A stretch of DNA of 63,016 nucleotides, counting the filler, from Asterionella formosa (lineage: Eukaryota): NCBI GenBank assembly GCA_002256025.1. It is 26 parts of 26 records of this genome, joined end to end, with 100 filler letters (N's around TTAATTAATTAA, not from the genome) between each part and the next. Parts side by side here need not be neighbours in the genome. Positions count along the whole stretch, not along the records: positions 36,494 to 38,816 come from NKIB01015424.1; positions 38,917 to 41,241 come from NKIB01015425.1; positions 41,342 to 43,662 come from NKIB01015427.1; positions 43,763 to 46,083 come from NKIB01015428.1; positions 46,184 to 48,503 come from NKIB01015429.1; positions 48,604 to 50,923 come from NKIB01015430.1; 20 more parts are not named here. The stretch is one strand, 5' to 3'. Each line of letters opens with the position of its first letter. Position 1 is the first letter of the stretch. Below the pieces are notes generated by a model, which saw only the letters and a list, made by a program, of their open reading frames with translations, did no database searches and was not told where the DNA came from. A program made the translations under genes and the position numbers. Positions 37,750 through 49,999 of this stretch are shown here, piece after piece.

Positions 37750-38816
37750 AGAGTGGTGCTGGAAACGTGCTAAGGCTGGATGGTTTTGGGTCATTCTATC
37801 TCTTTGTCCTGTGACCTGAGAAGAAAGTGTGAATATAGGTTTGTGCTTATGGTTGTTTGGTTGACCGCACCATGGGTTGTCGGGGTGCCAATGGTGTGCT
37901 GCTTTTTCTCGGAAAGAATTTGTGGATGTATTGCTGTCCCTTTCTTGCCATTTCGCCGATTCCTCAAAGAGAAACTCGGCCTTCTCCAGAAACCGTCGTT
38001 TGGAGCCTAATTTGAATCTGAGAAGATCCTCCGTGGTTGGTGAAACAGATGTCTATCACTTAGACATTTGTCATATTGTTGAGCATACTGGACATCAATC
38101 CTCACATCATATTTGGACTGGACGATGTGGGTATTTTTTCCCTGATGTAGAGCCATGTTGCAATCTTCCCATGCCTGGTTGGTCAGACGCCTCATTTCTA
38201 TAATCGTACTCTGGACCCACTGTAGGGCCTGTGCCTGATTGAATTCCTGAGGCTGGGAGAGATCTGTGTGTAGTAACTTGATTGCTACCTGCCACTCTAT
38301 CGAAAGATACCCACGCAGAGTGAGCGCTCTCCCAATTGAGACCTGGGCCTTTACAGCGCTGCAAATGAGCCTTTTCTGAATTTCTGAGCTGTGAGACGCA
38401 AATTATATTTTAAAATCATTGGGTTGTTTTTCATCGAGCAGAAATTTCAGATCCCCAAATATTGTTGCTACTGCCCAGCCTGCTTTGATCCTCTGGAGAT
38501 GTGAGATAGCTATTGACAGCCTTTGTCCCAATGGTTCACCACTTTTAAATCGTTACATAGCAGCAAATGTTCTGTGTTTTCAAATGCTTTACAGTGAGGA
38601 CCACAGCCACTCTGGAGTTCCTTTTGTCAGAAAGAACCTTCTCTCCCCTGTGGGAAGCCAGCAGCCATGAATAAATTTTGTGAGCATAGTTTTTTTCTGG
38701 TGTGTCGTTTTACCTAATGCACTTGAAAATGCCTCCCAATGAATGCTATCATAGACAAAGGTAATTTTGTGTTTGCGAACGAAAAATTCCCTGTATGCTT
38801 CTTCTTGAATTGCTGT
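37750..38816 (-). mobile_element. Degenerate LINE-like ORF2 C-terminal region
   Basis: Minus strand reads YDSIHWEAFSSAL..KTMLTKFIHGWL, then Cys/His remnants, with many stops. Similar in character to 32983-33970. Confidence 0.5.
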
Positions 38817-39555
38817 NNNNNNNNNNNNNNNNNNNNNNNNNNNNNNNNNNNNNNNNNNNNTTAATTAATTAANNNNNNNNNNNNNNNNNNNNNNNNNNNN
38901 NNNNNNNNNNNNNNNNAGTCAACGAGTTGCTTATTGTCATCTGGAAAAAGGAATCGTCTGCGAAATCGGAGTTTGCATCTAACATGCTGAGAAGACCTTT
39001 GTCCCTGGTCTTTTGATATCAAGTGTCCTATTTGTTCAGACAAAACAATCCAAAATTGATGTCAGGGACTAATGGATGATGAGGATTTAGCTTGCAAGAC
39101 CCGCCATTGTTGCATGTATATAGAAAAAAGACGCAAACACTCGAAATCCCAATCTGGAATCCAAACTGGGTACTTTTCGGCTCCTGTGAATCCGGTCGGT
39201 CGGGTTGGTTTATTAAACGGAAATCAGGGCCGTTCTCATCATTTTTTTCGAGTATGTGAGGGTCGTTCTTATCATTTTTTTTCGTGTATCACGGAATTTG
39301 AATTTTTGTGAAAATGTATCAGCAACGGTAACTCGATTTGAACTGAATTTCATTCATTCCAAAAGTTTCACTGTATCACTAATTTGTGATCACATTGTAT
39401 CATAGAGTAACATTGGTCTTCAACGGCAACTGGCTGGCGACGATCATGTGTATACCCATCCAGAATATAATGATGGTCTTGATATCAAGCAACAACATAA
39501 AATATAATTACCGGTAAACTATATATTGTATTAGTAACACACCATTGCATGAATC

Positions 39556-40875
39556 ATGCCGTTGCCATTTGATTTACTTGATGATAATGATGATGACAGT
39601 AGTAATCTTGATTTCTTCTTCCTCTGTCATTTATCTAAGGAAGCAGAGGAAAAAGAACACTCATCCAAACGACAAAGGCGACGCTGTAAACGGCAGCTTC
39701 AGTCATCCGAACGACGACGACAACGAAGGCACAAGTGGCACCACGAAAGAATCTCCTGGCAATAACATGTCAAGAAACTCAATCATGAGATTGCTTTCGA
39801 GAAGACATACAGAAAGTCACACAGAGCATTCAAAAAACTCACCTCCATGCTGGAAATTCAGATTGCAGGGAATTATTCCAAATGTGGCACTTTTGAGCCC
39901 ATAATTCCCGAAATTGTGGTAGCCTTTGGTTTGCGATGGCTGGCTGGTGGCAGCTACATCGACATTCGTCATGCCTACGGTTTTAGCATTGCTTCACTTT
40001 ATCGATGTCGTGATTTATTCATTGATGCTGTACTAAACTGTGAAGAACTCGAAATTATTTTTCCAAAAGAAAAAGAAGAATTTATCAAATTGGCTTCCAG
40101 CTTTGAATGCAAAAGCTCAGAGGGCATGATGAGAGGATGTGTTGGTGGCTGCTATTGACGGCTTCCAAGCCACCATCAACCGCCCGACTATAGTTGAAAG
40201 TGGCAACAACCCTGGTTCATTTTTTTCGGTCACTACATGACTTATGGAATCAATGTCCAGACTGTTTGTGATGCTGACTCAAGATTTATTTATTTTGGTG
40301 TGATTGCACCGGGAAAATGCAGTGACCAAGTAGCTTTTGAACGAAGTTCCATTTTCGATCCAGTTGCAGCATTCAACACAGGTTTTTATCTGGTCGGCGA
40401 TGCAGCTTACACATTGTCTGATATAATGCTTGTTCCCTTTGTTGTCTCACAACGTGATGATCCAACACAGGATACATTTAACTTTTCCCTTTAACAGCTA
40501 AGGATAAGAATAGAAATGTCATTTGGTCTTCTTCAGACAAAATGGTGTGTTCTGAAAAAAAACCTATCGACAAGCTTGGAAACATCTGCACGCATTCTTG
40601 ATTCATGTGCTCGACTTCATAACTATGTGATTAATGAGAAGATAATTGATAACGAGATTATGGATGATAATCGAATACTTACAGAGATAGTTCCAGTCAG
40701 TTTGTCACCCCTTGGTTGGGGCTACTTGCCAACTGTGGAACCATTGTGTATATTGCCTGGAAGCTCTGTGATGCGAGATGTGATTCTTACCAGATTGCAA
40801 ACCTTGGGCTTGCAACGACCTCCTGTGAATATAGAGAGGAGAAGGAAAGAATTACACGAAATAAATTTAATGTAG
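39556..40875 (+). pseudogene. Harbinger (HARBI1/DDE_Tnp_4-like) transposase pseudogene
   Basis: GLRWLAGGSYIDI, GCVG-AIDG, YGINVQTVCDA, LVGDAAY, FNF..RIRIEMSFGLLQTKW and CARLHNY; stops at 39763 and 40492; frameshift at ~40150. Confidence 0.92.
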
Positions 40876-40905
40876 ACAAATATATAATTTATTCATTATT
40901 TGGAT

Positions 40906-41241
40906 TTAATCTGATGTTTCACCTTCTGAAAGCAGATGAAAATAGTGATCCCGCTTTCTCTTGCATATCTTAATTTCTAGTCGAGCCTGAACTACATCAG
41001 AATTATTGGAGTCATACCCATGATTCTCCAACTCTTCCAAATCCTTCCAAGCATTCTTGAGACGACTTTTATAGAGATCCAGAACATCTAGGATCTCTTT
41101 CTCGCGTCTTGGTCCTGCTGAAGACTGAAGCACTTGAAGTTTCACTGCATTTACTCGTTCAAAACACTCTAATGCATTTGCCATTTGTACCATAGAAGAG
41201 GAATGATGGGACAAATTGGATGAGGTAGATGAACATTTTCC
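40906..41241 (-). CDS. C-terminus of the probable Harbinger second (DNA-binding) ORF
   Basis: Helical ORF convergent on the transposase, as is usual in Harbinger elements. A Myb/SANT domain is not visible in this fragment. Confidence 0.45.
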   Translation of the reverse strand, partial: GKCSSTSSNLSHHSSSMVQMANALECFERVNAVKLQVLQSSAGPRREKEILDVLDLYKSRLKNAWKDLEELENHGYDSNNSDVVQARLEIKICKRKRDHYFHLLSEGETSD

Positions 41242-41341
41242 NNNNNNNNNNNNNNNNNNNNNNNNNNNNNNNNNNNNNNNNNNNNTTAATTAATTAANNN
41301 NNNNNNNNNNNNNNNNNNNNNNNNNNNNNNNNNNNNNNNNN

Positions 41342-42472
41342 GTCTGAAAGATCACCGCATGCATGCAGGGCAACAACGAGGTCTACAGGGGGATGATTTG
41401 GTGGCAAATAAAATGCAGTGTCCTTCATATATCTAAAAAAGTCAGCATTTAAGAATGACATTCTTTGTGAAATTCCGTGCAGTAGCGAGCTGTACTCTTT
41501 TCCAGCTTCAAGGGAAGCTGCGTTTTTGTCGACAACAGTCACAATTGCGTTTGGAAAGGCCAATGCACATTTCGTCGCCAAATCTCCTCGACCTCCACCA
41601 ATATCAAGGATATGACGTGGTGAAAGTCCCATTCTCTTGATGCGTGATACCATCCACTCTACTTGTGGATGCTTCTTTCCATGAATATAATCCGAACGTT
41701 TCAAGTTCCCTCTTGAAGAAAGAAGAGTATCGTCTTGTGATGGCAAATTCAACAGTTGATGTTTGTTGTTGTTGTCGTCACTGACATTGAGTGTAGTTCT
41801 GCATTCTTCTTCTACCAACTCATAGAGTTTCCAGGAATTGTCGAGCGGGTTTGGTGTTAGTCTTGACGATGACGAGGCCGACCCTTGTGTTACTAATTGA
41901 TCCAGAAGCTCGATATCAGCCTTTTTTAGTTTCGGTTTCCGATTTCTTGGCTTGCGTTGTTCCATCTCCACGTGTTCCTTGTGATTTTCCATTCCACTGC
42001 TGCTGCTGCTGCTATTAAGATGACGTACAATTTTCGCAATCTCAATTCTTCGTTTCCTGTTATTGCGAAGTTGGTGTATGCAGAATGCTTCTTCCCAAAG
42101 CATTGCAGTATTCCCAAGAGACGCGACAGAAACTCTTGTATCTCCTTGTATCAACGCTTGCAATACCAACTCGACAGATTTAGGATCCGGTGAACACTTT
42201 AGTAGAATCAAATTGTCTTGAACAAGATATAGGAGAACGTCCCCGCTTTCATTGTCAATACGATGATGTTCATCATTATTGTCTTTGATACAAACGCACC
42301 CATGGGCTCGTATCACAGCCCCAACAAAGCAAAACAAGGACAATGATGAGTCATTGTCCTTTTCAGTTTCTACAAAAAGTCTTGAGTGATGATTGTTGCC
42401 GACATCATGAAGCTTCAAGACGATTCCACCCTTTCTCTTGGTTCGTTTGATTATATTGCCTTGTAGGATCAT
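41342..42472 (-). CDS. SAM-dependent methyltransferase (Methyltransf_32-like) with N-terminal OB-fold-like region, 3' partial
   Basis: ILDIGGGRGDLA motif I, VVDKN and VVALHACGDLSD. Confidence 0.88.
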
Positions 42473-42814
42473 CGATCGTTTCGTTTGTCGTTATTAAGTC
42501 AGAGTACAAGGAAGGGCAGGGCAGGGCAGTTGCATGGTGAGATTCTATGATTGTATGTAGTTATCATTCCCATTGAATCATTTCTTTTTTGGATGGATGG
42601 TGGTACCAGTACCTGGTACCAGGTAATGTTGACGACATCAGGAGGCAGGCCTCCATATTTATGGACCGGTAGACAAATATATTTTTCTATATCTAACTGC
42701 TGCCATGAATGATATAGTATCATGTTTATTGGATAGTACCTGGTAGGCACCAGGTACCAGGTTAGGTACTCGGAGTACTGTATTTTAAAACTAACAATTT
42801 TATATCTTTTGACG

Positions 42815-43662
42815 ATGACGATAATCAATCACAGCATCACTCAAGCAGCCCTGCTCTGTTCTGTCGTACTCGTTCCAAACGTCCGTGCCTTCACTTCGCC
42901 ATTGACCTCCTGCCTATCTACAACAAACCCCCTCAATAGTATGTGGAAAGCTTCAGATCCTGAACAAGCCATGGAAGCCAGAGAGTCTCTGCACATTTGG
43001 CCACTGGACGAAGCCAATGCCATGTTACTTAATCAAGTTCATCCTCGATCATATGACCTCGAAACCTCGGCATCGTCACTACCACACAAAGTGTATGATT
43101 TGATAGCTATTGGAGCTGGAGCTGGAGGTTTAGTCTCTAGTAAACAAGCAGCTCGAAGAGGGGCCAAATCAGCCATGATTTCCGAATATTTGGCAGGGGG
43201 AGACTGCTTGAATGTTGGCTGCGTACCAAGTAAGGCTTTGATTAGAAGTGCTAGAGCCATTGCAGAAATAAAGAGAGCTTCTGAATTTGGGATTATTCTG
43301 GCTCTTCCTGGAGCATCACAACCTGCCGTTCAAGTTGATTTTGCGGCCATTATGAAGAGAATGAGAGGACTTCGAGCCAACATTTCACCAGCAGATGGAC
43401 ATGAGGGAACCACTGCCACTGGTGCTCACGTATACCAAGGTCGTGGACGCTTCACATCGAATACTACCATTGAGGTCAATGGCATAACACTTACATTCAA
43501 AAAGGCTGTCATTGCTACTGGGGGACGACCACTGCTCCCAAATGTTCCAGGATTGAAGCATGCGCCCTACACCACCAATGAAATACTTTTCAATCTCGAG
43601 ACACTTCCTCCGCGCATGGTCATTTTGGGAGCTGGAGTTATTGCTTTGGAAATGGCTCAGAC
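42815..43662 (+). CDS. FAD-dependent pyridine nucleotide-disulfide oxidoreductase (mercuric reductase/dihydrolipoamide dehydrogenase-like), probably plastid-targeted, 3' partial
   Basis: YDLIAIGAGAGG, GGDCLNVGCVPSKAL, VIATGGRP and ILGAGVIALE. N-terminal signal ends VRA-FTS followed by a Ser/Thr-rich transit-like stretch. Confidence 0.92.
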
Positions 43663-43944
43663 NNNNNNNNNNNNNNNNNNNNNNNNNNNNNNNNNNNNNN
43701 NNNNNNTTAATTAATTAANNNNNNNNNNNNNNNNNNNNNNNNNNNNNNNNNNNNNNNNNNNNCAACTGCTACTGCCGATCCACCATTCCGTGATGAAGTT
43801 TGAGACTCCGCAAGCAAGTAATTAGATGCAAAGAAGCTCGAGATTAATGTAATGCATCAGAAGAATTCTCCAACGATGATGCTGCCCCTGCAAAAGTGTA
43901 AAACGTAAAGTAATAAGAAAATAATTTTTGTAGTATTAACGGAG

Positions 43945-44220
43945 TAAAAATAAACACGGTTTGGGGGTAAAATATATGCATGTACAGATAGAAAAATATG
44001 CACTGTAAGCCACCGCTATGCAATAATCTTAGTGACTTTGGAAAAATTATTTCTTCATGGCTAGATACACTGAATCAAAACTGATTCCTTAATAGTATAG
44101 CAGAGAGCATTGTCTAACATAAGCGTTGTACTTGCGTCAAGTTTTGATCGTTGAATTACATAAATATTTTTAGTCGAAAGATAGAGTAAAATAGCGGTGG
44201 CTTACAGTTTTTAAGTGGTA
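43945..44220. mobile_element. Repeat-element end abutting gypsy pol (homologous to 25340-26118)
   Basis: 18-bp inverted repeat ACTGTAAGCCACCGCTAT at ~44002-44019 and 44191-44208; ends TTTTTAAGTGGTA. Confidence 0.7.
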
Positions 44221-46083
44221 CTTATTCATCTCATGCCAGTGTCATGCTATATGACCTGATTTTACCAGAATTTAATCGATCCGCTCATATTTTACAACAA
44301 AAGTGTCAAGTCTTTAATGGTCTATGCACATTTGATGTTATTTTTGGACGTGATTTCCTCCGTCAAGTTGGTTTAACCATTGATTTCGTAAACAACACCA
44401 TGTCCTGTATGGATATGATCGTTCCTATGCATCCGCTCACATTCTTTGATGATAGAGAACGTTTACAAGATGTATTATTATATTTCGATGCACCTATGAT
44501 TGTGGAATCTTCATATGCGCTGGAAATTAAAGCTGCTGAATATAATTATATAAATATTGATACAGTGGTGGATAAACAAATACATTTGACAACAATACAA
44601 CGATCATGTTTACGATCTATATTGGTTAAATATCAAACATTATTTGATGGCAAATTAAAAGTCTATCCTCACAAACAGGTACATTTGGAATTATTATTAA
44701 ATGCTGTCCCTCGTCATCAACGAGCATATCCGGTCGCTCATATTCATTTAGAAGTTTTCAAAACTGAATTACAACGATTATGTGATATTGGAGTCCTACA
44801 AAAATGTGGTGCTTCTAAATGGGCATCTCCCACTTTTATTATTCCAAAAAAGGATGGAAGTGTCCGATGGGTATCAGATTTTCGTGAACTTAATAAAGTC
44901 ATCAATCGCAATATATATCCTTTGCCTCGAATACAAACTATTCTCACTAAACGTGCTGGATATGTATTTTTCACCAAATTGGATGTTTCCATGCAATACT
45001 ATACTTTTGCATTGGATGTGGAGAGTCAAAACTTGTGTGTTATTTCAACTCCATTTGGTTTATATAAATATTTACGCCTGCCTATGGGGGTGAAACAATC
45101 ATCTGACATTGCACAAGAAACTATGGAACAGATCCTTAGTGATTTAGATGATGTGGAAATTTATATTGATGATGTGGGTTGTTTTTCAATGAATTTTTCA
45201 GATCACCTTCATTTATTGGACACTATTTTACATCGTTTACAGATAAATGGTTTTACAATTAATCCATCTAAGTGTGAATGGGCCGTCCAAGAGACAGATT
45301 GGTTAGGCTATTGGTTAACTCCTAATGGACTGAAACCTTGGTCTAAAAAAGTCCGAGCATTGATTAATATGTCTTCACCTACCAATCTTAAACAAGTTCG
45401 ATCATTTCTCGGTGCTGTTACTTACTATCGAGACATGTTTCCTAGACGATCGCATGTTCTTGGACCACTTACGGATTTAATTGGAACTAGTCCCTTTGTC
45501 TGGTTACCTATCCATCAACAAGCTTTTGAAGAAATGAAAGCATTGTTAGTTGCAGATACACTCATGCGTTATCCTGACCATAATCTCCCTTTTCATATCT
45601 TTACTGATGCCTCTGATTATCAATTAGGGTCGGTCATTATGCAAAATGATCTCCCAGTTGCTTATTATTCTCGCAAATTATCTGCTGCTCAAAAGAATTA
45701 TACTACTATTGAAAAAGAATTACTTTCTGTGGTAGAAACTTTCAAAGAATTTCGCTCTATGTTATTGGGCGCAGTTCTACATGTTCACACTGATCATCGA
45801 AATCTTATTTATAATACATTACATACACAACGTGTTCTACGATGGCGACTTTACATTGAAGAATACCATCCTACTTTTCATTATGTGAAAGGGACTGACA
45901 ATGCTATTGCAGATTCCATCTCTCGCCTCCCGAGGCTTGAGTCTTTGGTGGAGGATGATATTGATATTGGACCGAAATCTCCAACATCAACTTCCACTTC
46001 TACTTTTTCAATTGAATTAGATGATGAACCTCTGCTTACATGTTTCCTTAATCATCCCATCTTGACAGACAATATTCAATATC
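44221..46083 (+). mobile_element. Ty3/gypsy pol fragment (protease C-terminus, RT, RNase H)
   Basis: IFGRDFL, WASPTFIIPKKDG..DFRELN, RLPMG, YIDD, FTDASDYQLG, YTTIEKELL, TDHRNL and NAIADSISR in an open frame. Confidence 0.96.
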
Positions 46084-46396
46084 NNNNNNNNNNNNNNNNN
46101 NNNNNNNNNNNNNNNNNNNNNNNNNNNTTAATTAATTAANNNNNNNNNNNNNNNNNNNNNNNNNNNNNNNNNNNNNNNNNNNNAGTATTTATAACATATA
46201 TGTATGATATAGCGGTATATAGCCATGCTGCTTGCTTGGTTGCGCCTTTTTTTGTCTCGATGATGACACTGCCGGATTCAGAGCCGTCGTTGACTCTAAC
46301 AAACACAAACAAATCTTCTAAACATTGTTCATAGGCAACCACAGCAAAGAAATACACTGCATTAATTAAACAGTTACCCAAGATACAACAGCCACC

Positions 46397-47315
46397 ATGA
46401 GAGCGCCATTGAGATCAGGAATGCTTGGGCGAGGCCGAGGAGATGGAGGCCGTGGTGGTCGAGGCGGAGGAAGAGGCGATGGGGGACGCGGAGGGGGGAG
46501 AGGAGGAAGAGGAGGATTTAGAGATGAAGGACCCCCAGATCAGATTGTTGGTAAGATTTTGTTCACCATAGGAATGGATGCTGTCCAGATGCTTCAGCAA
46601 GGGAGGCTACGAGAAATTTACAATGGACCCCAACTAACCATCTCACTATCTTCCAAATACACAGAGGCAGGAAATGTTTTACATGAATGTGAGTCTGAAC
46701 TTGTTTGCAAGTGGAGCGTAGAGAACAAAGTACCATACTTCAACGCTGGTGTTTATCTAGAAAATAAACGCAAGATCGGAAAGATCGATGAAATATTGGG
46801 GAAAATATCAGAAGTATTTTTTACCGTCAAAATGGATCCGGGTGTAGTTGCCAAGTCTTTTCAGAAGGACGATGTCGTCTATATTGGTACAGATAAGCTA
46901 TTGCCTCTAGCGAGATTCACAAATCCTCCGAAAGAAAGTGGCGGACGTGGAGGTCGAACAGGACGAGGAGATGGACGAGGAGGTGGACGGTACGTTATAT
47001 TTTGCCTCACTTTTGCCAAGTCGTACTGATTCTTATTTTTCAGCTGACAATAATTCGGTTTTTTTTGCAGTGGTGGGGGCAGAGGATTTTCTCCAAGTGG
47101 CCGTGGCGCGGCCAGAGGAGGAGGTCGAGGTGGTTCGTTCGGTCGTGGTGGCGGGGGCGGAAGGACGTTTTCTGGAGGAAGAAGTGCGGGGCGGTGAGTG
47201 CTCAAAGTGGACTTATTTGTTTTGATCTTTTGCTATGTACATTTCTCTACAATTACTTACTAGCTTGATTTTATTTTCTAGTGGTGGCGGTAGAGGTGGT
47301 CGGGGCAGATTCTAG
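46397..47315 (+). CDS. GAR1: H/ACA snoRNP subunit Gar1, complete, 4 exons (46397-46550, 46665-46989, 47071-47193, 47282-47315)
   Basis: RGG-rich termini around the core [33 protein letters not shown]. Three GT-AG introns splice in frame to a C-terminal RGRF-stop. Confidence 0.95.
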
Positions 47316-47598
47316 GATACTGGACTTCCCGATTCGTCCTCATTACATACTGTCTTCGTAAAACATATAAATCGACTGCACCTTCTTCACATTGCTGGAA
47401 AACAGCCACATAGTTTTTCTTACCACCCCAAACAACAACAATTGGGATTGTTAGTGACCATTACATGCATGCTCCATAAGCATCAATGTCAGACTGAACA
47501 GGATACTGGAGCGAATACAAGGTGCAAAATTGAAAGCATTCTAACCCATTTCTATACTTCATATCTTGCATTCTCTAGTAATTAGCGCGTGTTCCATG

Positions 47599-48503
47599 TC
47601 ATTGTAGAGGCATGTCATCGGAATCGAAACAAGGCTCTGGGTATACTGACTCATCGGAATCGTCGTGGTTCACAACAGACCCCATTGGTGATGTGGAAGG
47701 TGACGCGGATGGACTGCCTACCACGGCCTTATCATCGATGTCCATACCGTCGTCTCGAGCGGTATCGCCAACTTTACCAGTGCGTCCCATGACGACCGCA
47801 GGCAATGGACATTCCAAATCTTTCCCATCAAAGACGACATCCCGTCGCCTATAGTAAAGTACGTACGCCGCACTCGAAACTACTTCGCTGGGGTCGATGT
47901 TGGTTGTAACCCGACTGTCGTCGAAATGGCACCAAACTCCATCCGTGCTCATTGCATAGGCTGTGTAATGACCTCCTCCGAGGCCACCATAATGGTTGCT
48001 CACAGCATAACAGTCATAGATCGTTTTTTCGTTGTCTGTCCAATGCATAACCTCTTTTGTCAAATCAAGTCCCTTTAAAGGGAATTCGATCAAGTAATCT
48101 ATTTTGTCACGTCTATGAGTTGAGGCGGAGTAGTGGAATCGCTTGAGATGGATGATTAAAATAGGTGGGGCACGATACAGGTGGAACTGCTTCCATGCTC
48201 GAACGTGCTCCTTGCATTGACTGCAATACCACATTTCAGTCTCTTCAAGTTGTTCCATTTGACAGTACTTCTCAATGCACTGTGCGACAGTGATGGTCTT
48301 CTGGCCCATTCTTGTCCTTGTTCCTTCAAGTGTGTATTCGTCTTCTTCAGTGTCTTCCCAACTTGCCTGGTCGAAGCACCGTTCGCTGAGATCATCGGGC
48401 CAATGAAGATAAATAGCTCCATCTGGGCCGACAGTGTCAGCGACGAATTCACTTTCTTTTGGGTCCGTGGGCGATGCAAGGGGAAAGAGGCGGCTTCCAC
48501 TCG
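47599..48503 (-). CDS. Ubiquitin-specific protease (peptidase C19, USP4/11/15-like), C-terminal part
   Basis: WYCSQCKEH, LIIHLKRF, YDCYAVSNHYGGLGGGHYTAY, FDDSRV and AAYVLYYRRR (His box). Confidence 0.95.
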
Positions 48504-48603
48504 NNNNNNNNNNNNNNNNNNNNNNNNNNNNNNNNNNNNNNNNNNNNTTAATTAATTAANNNNNNNNNNNNNNNNNNNNNNNNNNNNNNNNNNNNNNNNN
48601 NNN

Positions 48604-49176
48604 AAAAGTCATTGGATCCTTGCCCTCTCGAACCTCACCCAATCCATCATTGTTTTCAAGAGCAATAATTCGGAAGAAACCTCGCATTAAATTGCTTAAC
48701 TCTTGCTCAAAGGTAGCAGAGAAGCCTGTTCCATTATGTAGACGAAATAAATTGTAGATTGCAGATCTTTTGTTTCCATAACCGCTCTTGGACAGCCTCT
48801 CTTTTGTACGCCAATGCCGCAATCCTTGCAAGTAGACCATGAAGCCTGATGGTGTGATCTCGTTTTGCAAAATAACAGGTTCCTCTGCTGTATTCTGTAG
48901 CAAAAGGGCAAAGCCTGATTTGATGTGCATCCCGCCTTGCCTTGTTCCCATTCCTTCTGCTTCAATTTCCAGTTGTTGGAGTCGGTTTCTAGCATTTGCT
49001 GTGAGCCACCCAGTTTGATGCTCCAAGCACCACCTTGCAAACAGGAGGCTATCAGCGATGTATGCCCGCCTTGTTCCACCAGCCACAATATTTTCTATCA
49101 TCATTTGTTCATTAACATCCTGGAGAGGATGCCCATGAATAGGGACAGTATTTGCCATCATGAGGTGGAGATGCAA
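48604..49176 (-). mobile_element. N-terminal part of a CryptonS-like tyrosine recombinase protein
   Basis: TRRAY....F..W, F..YL, Y.NKRSAI..LFR and EGKDPMTF resemble the SAM-like core-binding region preceding the YR catalytic domain in stramenopile Cryptons. The catalytic domain is not in the contig. Confidence 0.6.
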
Positions 49177-49237
49177 TGAATGATGAGTATGATGTGGTGT
49201 GTGCTTTTGAAATTTCTTGCTTGATGCCGATCCTCAA

Positions 49238-49430
49238 TGAAATCGCCCATAAACACATTATACTCATGTAATTTTCATCATATGAATGCATTTTTTTCCT
49301 CGCTGAAATCGCCCATAAACACATTATACTCATGTAATTTTCATCATATGAATGCATTTTTTTCCTCGCTGAAATTGCCCATACACACATGATACTTTCG
49401 TAGTTAGCATCAAAGTGTATAAAAAAAGAT
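49238..49430. repeat. 66-bp tandem repeat x3 (third copy degenerate)
   Basis: Units start at 49238, 49304 and 49370. Confidence 0.9.
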
Positions 49431-49999
49431 TCCATCAGGACAACTACTACATATGTAAAATGCCACGAGAAAACAGCTACCAGAAAAAAACGGCCATTTG
49501 TCCGGTATTCCCCTCTAATGATCAAACTTCACTCCAAGTTCAACATAGAAGTGCTAGATATACCGTGTGAAACTATAAACTGGGAATGAACTGAAGTTCA
49601 GACATTGGTCGAAAAACCGGCCTACTGTCCGAACATTTCTACGAAAATCAGCGTAAGTGTCCGGTAGATGTCTGATGATGAGTTGCACAACCATTTTACC
49701 GGACACTGAGGTCGGTGTGTTCCGTTTGTACCAGGTAGCTACATACGACGAATTCTACACACGAGTATATGGAAAAACGGAATCCAGAATCAGCTTGGAT
49801 GTTATGCATGATGTCGAAAATGAGCATCACATCTTTACCGGTAGCGGATATCCCGGTATTTAGCGGCTGGCATGATGCATGTCTCACCTGCATACTGATA
49901 TAGGTATATTATGTATGGCTGATGCACTGTGGCTGGTCAGATTAAAGATGGTACTGAAATACCTGTATTTGGACTTAAGTAATGGTAAAAAATCATACA

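Larger units (their letters stand above)
39227..41241. mobile_element. PIF/Harbinger DNA transposon (left end, transposase, convergent second ORF), truncated
   Basis: Duplicated TIR GGG(C/T)CGTTCT(C/T)ATCATTTT at 39227 and 39260 (preceded by TCA and TGA), GTATCA subterminal motifs, and two convergent ORFs. Confidence 0.85.
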
